A stretch of 12,905 nucleotides of DNA from Parachlamydiaceae bacterium (GTDB lineage: Bacteria; Chlamydiota; Chlamydiia; Chlamydiales; Parachlamydiaceae). The position numbers and the translations under genes are program-made. Positions 7,108 to 12,905 of the stretch are shown piece after piece. The notes beneath the pieces were generated by a model. The model was given only the letters and a program-made list of their open reading frames with translations. It had not been told where the DNA came from and searched no databases. The DNA lies in assembly GCA_030147755.1 (NCBI GenBank), contig JASBUW010000062.1, positions 1 through 12,905 of the forward strand. Direction: 5' to 3'. Numbering within the stretch: the first letter of the stretch is position 1; the number at the start of each line of letters is the position of its first letter.

Positions 7108-7179
7108 GGAGTGCGAAGGCCCTCCTTCGCTTTCATATGAGGCGTCTGTAATGAAAGCGAAGGAGGGTCTTCGCACTCC
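7108..7179. repeat. GC-rich hairpin with 29-bp arms (7108..7136 and 7151..7179, one mismatch) and a 14-nt loop. It lies 15 nt 3' of the psd stop codon and could be a terminator-like structure or a repeat.
   Basis: The reverse complement of ggagtgcgaaggccctccttcgctttcat matches atgaaagcgaaggagggtcttcgcactcc except at one position. No clean U-tract follows on the minus strand. Confidence 0.55.
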
Positions 7180-7193
7180 AAATGCTTCGCGTA

Positions 7194-8120
7194 TTACCTG
7201 CAACTTTTACCCATGGATTGTCCCATTAAACAACGTATTTCTAGTCCTTGTGCTGTTGCCGCTAAAAGATCCGCATCAAATTGAATCGTGTTTTTTTCAA
7301 ACAGTAAAATCAAAGCAGAGCCGCCAAACTCAAAATAACCCTTCTCAGCTCCTTTAGGCTGCCATTGTCCAGGTGTATAGGTCTCCTGAATGCTTCCCAC
7401 ATTTGTAGCCCCTATTTCTAAGTACAAGACACGGCCAAAAGTTGATGTTTGCAATTCACACAATGTGCGCTTGTTTTGCGCTAAAATACGTACGTTTTTT
7501 TTGACAGCGATAGGATTCACAGAGAAAAGCCAGCCATTAATCAGCTTGGTAGGACCCGGTAAGCAATCGCAAGGAAAGTGAAAGCGATGGTAATCGGAAG
7601 GACAGAGACGAGCCATGACCATGCTACCCCCCTGATAGGTTTTTGCTAAAGAGGATTGTCCTAGCAATTCTTTGAGGTCAAATTTTTGGCCCTTCACAAT
7701 GAAGCCTTCGCATTCTTCAATATTCGCATGAAAATAATAGCGTCCATCAGCTGGCATCACAGCTACCTCAGCCCCCGGTGCAAGGGGACGTGCCTGCTCC
7801 TTAAGACGCCGAATAAAAAAATCGTTAAAGGAGCGAAAGCTATGGACAGGTTCTAAAAATTCAGTTGCATCCACTTCATATGTTTGAATAAAAGGTTGAA
7901 TTTTACATTGGCTAGAAGTGCGTTTTTGCAAGCGTCCATATAGCCTAGAAAAAAGGGGCCATTTACTGACGATAGGTAACATCCAAGGTCGCAAAAAAGT
8001 ACTTAACCAAGAATCTCCATATAAAAGGCGTAAAGCGCCTTCTTTATACACTTTTTCAATGCAGGTTTGGCCTGTTTGGCGATCAATATAATAGAGGGGA
8101 ATATCTTGTTTATTATTCAT
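7194..8120 (-). CDS. psd: Phosphatidylserine decarboxylase proenzyme.
   Basis: The conserved DYHRFHFP motif carrying the catalytic Asp and His, plus FGGSA, the self-cleavage G-S site that forms the pyruvoyl group. The length of 308 aa fits the family. Confidence 0.85.
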   Translation of the reverse strand: MNNKQDIPLYYIDRQTGQTCIEKVYKEGALRLLYGDSWLSTFLRPWMLPIVSKWPLFSRLYGRLQKRTSSQCKIQPFIQTYEVDATEFLEPVHSFRSFNDFFIRRLKEQARPLAPGAEVAVMPADGRYYFHANIEECEGFIVKGQKFDLKELLGQSSLAKTYQGGSMVMARLCPSDYHRFHFPCDCLPGPTKLINGWLFSVNPIAVKKNVRILAQNKRTLCELQTSTFGRVLYLEIGATNVGSIQETYTPGQWQPKGAEKGYFEFGGSALILLFEKNTIQFDADLLAATAQGLEIRCLMGQSMGKSCR

Positions 8121-8205
8121 TTTGTTCTTTGATAATCAATTAGATGCAAAAAAGACGAGTTTAGTGTATTCTTATTTTGCCTGCAACTTTAAATCTTTAA
8201 TTATT

Positions 8206-9582
8206 ATGGAATTTGTTCATCAAACTTACGATCCCGGTGAAACCATTGCGGCTATTGCCACACCGCCTGGTGAGGGGGGCGTTGCCATCATTCGCATTTC
8301 CGGGGATCACGCATTGGATGTTGCTGCGCGTGTTTTCTCAGGACCCGTTCACCAATATCGCACGCATACAGCTCATTTTGGCCAAATACGCAATGCACAA
8401 AGCGAGCATGTCGATGATGTTTTGCTACTCGTGATGTTGAAGGGACGTTCTTACACGGGTGAAACAACGGTAGAGATTCATTGCCACGGCGGCAGTTTAA
8501 TTACACGTCGCGTACTAGAAACGGTATTGGCTGCCGGTGCACGCGCTGCGTTGCCTGGTGAATTTACCTTTCGTGCGTTTATGAATGGCAAAATGGATCT
8601 GGCCCAAGCAGAAGCCGTGCAATCTTTAATTTGTGCTAAGAATGAACGTGCTCTTGATGCAGCTGAGCAGCAATTGCAAGGAAATCTCTCGCAATTTGTG
8701 CAACAATTTCAATACACATTGACAACTATTGCAGCTATTTTAGAAGCGTGGGTGGATTTTCCTGAAGAAGGTTTAGAATTTGCGACGATGGATGAAATTT
8801 GTGAGGATTTAGAAGCGATTTGTCAAGCGATGGAAAAATTGGCAGCGACTTTTCATGATGGCAAGATCCTGCATGAGGGGTTGTCGTTGTGCTTAGTGGG
8901 ATGTCCAAATGTAGGCAAATCGTCTTTAATGAATGCCTTATTAGATAAAGATCGCGCGATTGTATCGGCTACTCCGGGAACTACGCGAGACGTGTTAGAA
9001 GATCATTTACGGCTCAATGGATTGCATCTCAAAGTCAGCGACACGGCAGGCATTCGTGAAACAGCGGAGGATATCGAGCAAGAAGGGATTCGGCGCTCAA
9101 AACAGGCTCTACAACAAGCAGATCTTGTGTTGTTGGTGTTGGATGCTCATCAAGGACTCACAGAAGAAGATCAACGCCTGCTTGAATGGGTACCGAAGTC
9201 TAAGACAATTGCTATTTGGAACAAAATCGATTTAGCACATGCTGAATTGCCGCATTTAACATTTCCATTTACGGTTAAGCTGTCAGCTAAGCAGAAGCAA
9301 GGATTAGAGGAGTTGCATCAAGTGATTGATCAGCTGATTTGGCAGAATGGACCTCCTTCCAAAGAAGAAATTGTGATCACGAATATTCGCCATAAAGAAG
9401 CTTTAATTGCGTCTATAGAAGCAGCACGACGTGTGCAACAAGGTTTAAGGGAATCTGTATCGCCAGAATTCTTGACACTAGATATGCGACAAGCTTTGAA
9501 TGAATTGGGTAAAGTAATTGGCACGAATGTGCCTGAAGATATTTTGTCGGCTATTTTCTCTAAGTTTTGTATTGGAAAATGA
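8206..9582 (+). CDS. mnmE: tRNA modification GTPase MnmE (TrmE/ThdF). The start is placed at the ATG at 8206. The ORF-track start at 8122 would begin 1 nt from the divergent psd start codon.
   Basis: An N-terminal IAAIATPPGEGGVAIIRISG motif, G1 motif GCPNVGKSSLMNAL, DTAGIR, NKIDL and the family's characteristic C-terminal CIGK. Confidence 0.9.
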   Translation: MEFVHQTYDPGETIAAIATPPGEGGVAIIRISGDHALDVAARVFSGPVHQYRTHTAHFGQIRNAQSEHVDDVLLLVMLKGRSYTGETTVEIHCHGGSLITRRVLETVLAAGARAALPGEFTFRAFMNGKMDLAQAEAVQSLICAKNERALDAAEQQLQGNLSQFVQQFQYTLTTIAAILEAWVDFPEEGLEFATMDEICEDLEAICQAMEKLAATFHDGKILHEGLSLCLVGCPNVGKSSLMNALLDKDRAIVSATPGTTRDVLEDHLRLNGLHLKVSDTAGIRETAEDIEQEGIRRSKQALQQADLVLLVLDAHQGLTEEDQRLLEWVPKSKTIAIWNKIDLAHAELPHLTFPFTVKLSAKQKQGLEELHQVIDQLIWQNGPPSKEEIVITNIRHKEALIASIEAARRVQQGLRESVSPEFLTLDMRQALNELGKVIGTNVPEDILSAIFSKFCIGK

Positions 9583-9586
9583 ATAA

Positions 9587-9691
9587 AACGACAGAAACGA
9601 CATTAACGACAAACGACAATAAAGAGTAAAATCATTATTGTCGTTTGTCGTTAATGTCGTTTCTGTCGTTAAGGTCCTTTGTCGTTTTTTT
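9587..9691 (+). terminator. A 36-bp perfect inverted repeat (9587..9622 and 9635..9670) with a 12-nt loop and a T7 run at 9685..9691. It lies between the convergent genes mnmE(+) and the 471-aa gene(-) and is probably a bidirectional terminator or repeat element. The left arm consists of a tandem 9-nt unit AACGACAnn repeated four times.
   Basis: The reverse complement of aacgacagaaacgacattaacgacaaacgacaataa equals 9635..9670 exactly. The poly-T run begins 14 nt after the stem. Confidence 0.65.
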
Positions 9692-9703
9692 AAGAGTATA
9701 TTG

Positions 9704-11119
9704 TTATCTCAATTGAATTGCATTATCCTTGAATGTTTGATATTGAGCGATCAACTCCTCTTTAGTCAAATCAGATTTCAAGTGTTCAATTCTCTTTTCT
9801 CCCATTTGAATGCCCGGAAGGCGTTCTGTATCTATATCTGCTTCTTTCCAGGCTTTTGATCTTGCATGGAAAATTTCACCGGTTCCAAACAGTTGTGCAA
9901 TGGCATTCGTGGTAGGAATGTAAAATGGACTGTCATTCAATCTTTCAAATGGAACAGGGATGATATAACCATCAGATCCATTGCGCATATAGTAATATGA
10001 AGCATCTTCACCATTGTAAACACAGCCTGAAAATAGACCAGTTGACCAAGATGTACTGAAAGGACGATTTGGATTTTTCCAACTATGAGGGGCATCCTTT
10101 TCAAAATTGGCTCCTCGAGATATCAAAAATGAACGCTCTGCTATCTTGCTGCATTCCACTGCAACAGCATTTTTAATGATCTGCGCATCTTGATCATGAC
10201 GAATTCCCATTGGCCTAATGCTGCCTCTTCTTGATTCGGTTTTAAAATTTGTCGTAGGATTGGAAATACTGCAAGAAGAAGGTTCTTCTTTTTGTTCAGC
10301 ATAATGTTTCTTTAAAAAATCAATTTCCTTTTCTGTGTGCTGAGATAGTTGTTCATAAGTCAAGCCTCCTGCTTCCGGTGAAAGAGTTTTCACAATTGCT
10401 CGATTAAGTCTGTACGCTACATCTTTGACTGACTGATTCTGATTATCACCGGCATCATCAAAATAACAAAGATGCCAGCATTTTTTCTTCAGCTGTTTCG
10501 CTTGAATGTCTTCTATCATTTTAGCTCTCTCTTTAGCACTGAGAGCTTTAACGTAAACCTTTTGCTTAGGACAATGCACCAATCTTTGCGTTATGGGATT
10601 TAAGGATGAACAAATTTCATTTGCTTTTACATCCTCTTGAATACACTTTCGAAGTAGAATCAACTCATACAATGTACGGGGCACAAAAGCAATGTCTAAA
10701 CTCGGATCGAGCTCTTTCACTTTTCCTCGAATCAATTCATAACGATTTGCACATTGCTCTTCTGCTGAAATAGTAGGATCTTTGACAGCAGCATTCACAA
10801 TGTTTGCGGGCGAATATTTATCAAAAATATTATAAACTTTTTCATAGGTGTCTTTGGAAAGCTCTACTTCTCCTTCAATCCGAAACACGACATATTCTCC
10901 ATATCCCATCTTGATTTTTTCGGGACTGATTTCTAATGTCTTGTAACTATTCCGAGGACTTTTCTTTAGTAGAAAATTTGCAACTTCATCCATCGCTGCC
11001 ACTTTTAGGCATTTATTGATGATCCAGCGAATAACGTAATAGCCTAAATAGCCAATAAGCACACCGCCCAATGCCCATTTCCAAGAAGGTTTAATAGTGC
11101 TAAGTGAAATATTAAACAT
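9704..11119 (-). CDS. Hypothetical 471-aa membrane-anchored protein with a single N-terminal transmembrane helix and no recognisable domain.
   Basis: A long ORF with a Shine-Dalgarno-like AGGA upstream. An N-terminal hydrophobic segment WKWALGGVLIGYLGYYVIRWII. The C-terminal 150 aa are rich in W, N, P and G. Confidence 0.65.
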   Translation of the reverse strand: MFNISLSTIKPSWKWALGGVLIGYLGYYVIRWIINKCLKVAAMDEVANFLLKKSPRNSYKTLEISPEKIKMGYGEYVVFRIEGEVELSKDTYEKVYNIFDKYSPANIVNAAVKDPTISAEEQCANRYELIRGKVKELDPSLDIAFVPRTLYELILLRKCIQEDVKANEICSSLNPITQRLVHCPKQKVYVKALSAKERAKMIEDIQAKQLKKKCWHLCYFDDAGDNQNQSVKDVAYRLNRAIVKTLSPEAGGLTYEQLSQHTEKEIDFLKKHYAEQKEEPSSCSISNPTTNFKTESRRGSIRPMGIRHDQDAQIIKNAVAVECSKIAERSFLISRGANFEKDAPHSWKNPNRPFSTSWSTGLFSGCVYNGEDASYYYMRNGSDGYIIPVPFERLNDSPFYIPTTNAIAQLFGTGEIFHARSKAWKEADIDTERLPGIQMGEKRIEHLKSDLTKEELIAQYQTFKDNAIQLR

Positions 11120-11310
11120 TTTTATCCTAGATCAATAATGCGGATAGATATAATATAATTTGCAACTATCTAATGTTGTAAATTTATTAAATAGAATAAA
11201 ATATAGCATTTATTGAATAATATAATCAATCTGTTTATGTTAAATTTTATGCTTAAACATAGTTAGCTGTTTGCTGTATACTTATTTTTAATTTACTTCA
11301 TCTAAGATTT

Positions 11311-11940
11311 ATGAATCGTCAACAAATTGCACGTAAAGTTCATCGTATTCTCAACAAGCTCTATCCAGAGCCTGCTATTCCTTTACAGCATCGCGATAGT
11401 TATACGCTTTTACTTGCTGTTTTGCTTTCAGCACATTGTACAGATGCACGCGTCAATAAAGTGACGCCTGTTTTGTTTGCCAAAGCTTCGACTCCGCAAG
11501 AGATGATTAAATTGTCTGTTGATGAGATTGAACGCATTGTGCATTCGTGTGGATTAGGTCCACGCAAAGCAAAAGCCATTTGGGAGCTTTCGCGTATTCT
11601 CCTGGATAAATATGAAGGAAAAGTTCCAAACACTTTTGAAGACTTAGAATCTTTGCCGGGTGTCGGCCATAAAACAGCTTCTGTGGTGATGTCGCAAGCG
11701 TTTCATCAACCTGCTTTGCCGGTTGATACGCATATTCATCGTTGTGCGAAACGGTGGAGACTTAGTTCTGGACGTAGTGTGAAGCAAACAGAAAAAGATT
11801 TGAAAGAATTATTTCCGCAGAAAGACTGGAATCGCTTGCATTTGCAAATGATCTATTTTGGACGCGAGTATTGCCAAGCCCGCAATCATCAGCCACATCT
11901 TTGTCCTATTTGCTGCTGGATTCCAGTCAACATTTCATAA
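11311..11940 (+). CDS. nth: Endonuclease III, a base-excision-repair DNA glycosylase/AP lyase.
   Basis: A helix-hairpin-helix motif LPGVGHKTASVV with the catalytic Lys, a conserved Asp in VDTHIHR, and a C-terminal [4Fe-4S] Cys ladder C-x6-C-x2-C-x5-C (CQARNHQPHLCPICC). Confidence 0.9.
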   Translation: MNRQQIARKVHRILNKLYPEPAIPLQHRDSYTLLLAVLLSAHCTDARVNKVTPVLFAKASTPQEMIKLSVDEIERIVHSCGLGPRKAKAIWELSRILLDKYEGKVPNTFEDLESLPGVGHKTASVVMSQAFHQPALPVDTHIHRCAKRWRLSSGRSVKQTEKDLKELFPQKDWNRLHLQMIYFGREYCQARNHQPHLCPICCWIPVNIS

Positions 11941-12052
11941 ATGGTTTTTTATCTTCGTTCACACATAAATTGTTGCAAATTATGGAATAATCCTACTAGG
12001 ATCATTATTTATAAAAATTTATTGAAATGATCAAATAGAAAGGATTCGATCT

Positions 12053-12745
12053 ATGGAAAAATCAATTATACTAAGAGGGATATATGCATTTATCTTGTGT
12101 TGTCTATCTCTGCAAGCAAATGTTTCTCCTTCACAAGATCTAGAATTACAGGGTGAAGAATTTTCAGAAGATTGGACTGAAGAAAATGAGATTAACCTTA
12201 GACGTAAATTTAGAAGGCATCATTGTCATAGAGATGACAATACCATGGCAAATGTAGATGCATTTGGAACAGCTTCTTTTAGTCCAACTGTCAGTTTACC
12301 ACTTCTTTCCTCTGCGCAAGTTGTGTTCACCCAAATTGCTGCGCAAACTAGCAACGTCATTTTAACACCTGATGGTGGTTTAAGAATACCAAAAGGAGAT
12401 TATCAATTGACGTATGGAGCCAATTTTGAAAATAGGGGTTTAACAGATGAAATTTCCTTGTGGCTTACTTGTCAAACTCATAGCAGGCATAAAAAACGCA
12501 TAGAGGTAGTGCCTTTTAGTTTGCGTAAAGAAAATATTTTGCCGGTTTTACCTTCACAGAATTTTTCTACAGTTCGAACGATAGGACAGCTTTTATTTAC
12601 AGCTCATGAAACTGTGACGCTTTATGTGAATTACTCTACCAATGGAACTTCTCAATTATTTACGTTTCCTTTGAATCCAAATTTTGGAGTGCCTCATGCA
12701 TTCTTTTTAATGGTAAGACAACTGGGAAACGATAGCGTTCAATGA
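12053..12745 (+). CDS. Secreted protein carrying an N-terminal signal peptide and a C-terminal domain of about 150 aa with a C1q/TNF-like (BclA-CTD-like) beta-jelly-roll sequence pattern.
   Basis: A signal-peptide-like N-terminus (IYAFILCCLSLQANV). The C-terminal region matches the gC1q pattern recalled from adiponectin/C1q: ASFSPTVSL, VVFTQIAAQT (compare FTKIFYNQ), GGLRIPKGDYQLTYGANF (compare IPGLYYFAYH), TIGQLLFTAHETVTLYV and HAFFLMV (compare FTGFLLY). This is pattern recognition from memory, not an alignment. Confidence 0.5.
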   Translation: MEKSIILRGIYAFILCCLSLQANVSPSQDLELQGEEFSEDWTEENEINLRRKFRRHHCHRDDNTMANVDAFGTASFSPTVSLPLLSSAQVVFTQIAAQTSNVILTPDGGLRIPKGDYQLTYGANFENRGLTDEISLWLTCQTHSRHKKRIEVVPFSLRKENILPVLPSQNFSTVRTIGQLLFTAHETVTLYVNYSTNGTSQLFTFPLNPNFGVPHAFFLMVRQLGNDSVQ

Positions 12746-12772
12746 TGATAATAGCTATCTAAATTAATGAAC

Positions 12773-12905
12773 CTATCCGTAAAGTAATCTTGTCAACCAC
12801 ATCCAAGCCATGCCTAATAACATAAAACCATTCCAGTATTGCTTTCGTCTTTCCCATCGAATACACAGGCGCCTAAATTTTCTTTGCATCCAAGCAAAAC
12901 AGCGT
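12773..12905 (-). CDS. Possible 3' end of a minus-strand gene that starts beyond the window. The visible C-terminus reads ...RCFAWMQRKFRRLCIRWERRKQYWNGFMLLGMAWMWLTRLLYG*.
   Basis: An open frame with no stop from the window edge to the TAG at 12773..12775. The visible part is too short to identify. Confidence 0.2.
   Translation of the reverse strand, partial: RCFAWMQRKFRRLCIRWERRKQYWNGFMLLGMAWMWLTRLLYG

Noticed and set aside
7151-7581. ORFs 7151..7357 (+) and 7390..7581 (+).
   Set aside because: They are embedded antisense within psd. The first starts inside the hairpin at 7108..7179.
8122-8205. N-terminal 28-aa extension of mnmE as given in the ORF track.
   Set aside because: It would place the start codon 1 nt from the divergent psd start. 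The conserved MnmE N-terminus begins at the internal Met at 8206.
8213-9524. ORFs 8213..8434 (+), 9017..9235 (+) and 9330..9524 (-).
   Set aside because: Alternative-frame or antisense ORFs inside mnmE, which has unmistakable family motifs in its own frame.
9638-9859. 73-aa plus-strand ORF.
   Set aside because: It starts inside the palindrome and T-tract and runs antisense into the 3' end of the 471-aa gene. Its translation is low-complexity.
9704-11119. Possible ADP-ribosyltransferase (R-S-E) reading of the segment ...ISRGANFEKDAPHSWKNPNRPFSTSW....
   Set aside because: An STS triplet is present, but no correctly spaced upstream aromatic-Arg and no downstream Q/E-x-E ARTT motif. The resemblance is probably coincidental.
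11400-11633. 77-aa minus-strand ORF.
   Set aside because: It is antisense within nth, whose HhH and Fe-S motifs confirm the plus-strand frame.
1-12905. Search for tRNA-like T-loop sequences (GGTTCGAAT-type), rRNA fragments, CRISPR direct-repeat arrays, IS transposase ORFs and integrase genes.
   Set aside because: None found by eye. The repeats present are palindromic non-coding elements, not regularly spaced direct repeats, and no transposase-like ORF is present.

Overview
The window is AT-rich bacterial DNA carrying 13 to 14 protein-coding genes, most of them on the minus strand. The gene order psd(-) / mnmE(+) / ... / nth(+) matches, from memory, the nth-thdF(mnmE)-psd neighbourhood of Chlamydia (CT697-CT699), with one extra gene inserted between mnmE and nth. 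Together with a MORN-repeat membrane protein and weak or absent Shine-Dalgarno sequences on some genes, this points to an environmental Chlamydia-like (Parachlamydiaceae-type) or similar intracellular bacterium. That assignment is inference, not proof.

Recognisable genes:
- MORN-repeat membrane protein (199..750, -)
- ABM-domain monooxygenase (998..1312, -)
- MarR-family regulator (1309..1755, -)
- VanX/DdpX-type D-Ala-D-Ala dipeptidase (1796..2446, -)
- Unknown 294-aa protein (2459..3343, -)
- YgeA/aspartate-racemase-family racemase (3360..4091, -)
- Flotillin/YqiK SPFH protein (4664..6013, -) with its NfeD/YqiJ-like partner (6030..6644, -)
- Phosphatidylserine decarboxylase, psd (7194..8120, -)
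- MnmE (8206..9582, +)
- 471-aa membrane-anchored hypothetical protein (9704..11119, -)
- Endonuclease III, nth (11311..11940, +)
- Secreted protein with a C1q/TNF-like jelly-roll signature (12053..12745, +)

The most striking non-coding content is a set of long, nearly perfect palindromes at gene 3' ends:
- A composite element of about 273 bp (6776..7048) with 70-bp arms. A partial copy of one arm forms the first 38 bp of the window, so it belongs to a dispersed family.
- Two related GACAAACGACA-rich palindromes at 4471..4639 and 9587..9670.
- GC-rich hairpins at 139..197 and 7108..7179.

The most interesting candidate system is the minus-strand cluster at 998..4361. It reads: small His-rich ORF, broad-spectrum racemase, unknown protein, D-Ala-D-Ala dipeptidase, MarR with a perfect 16-bp operator, and ABM monooxygenase.
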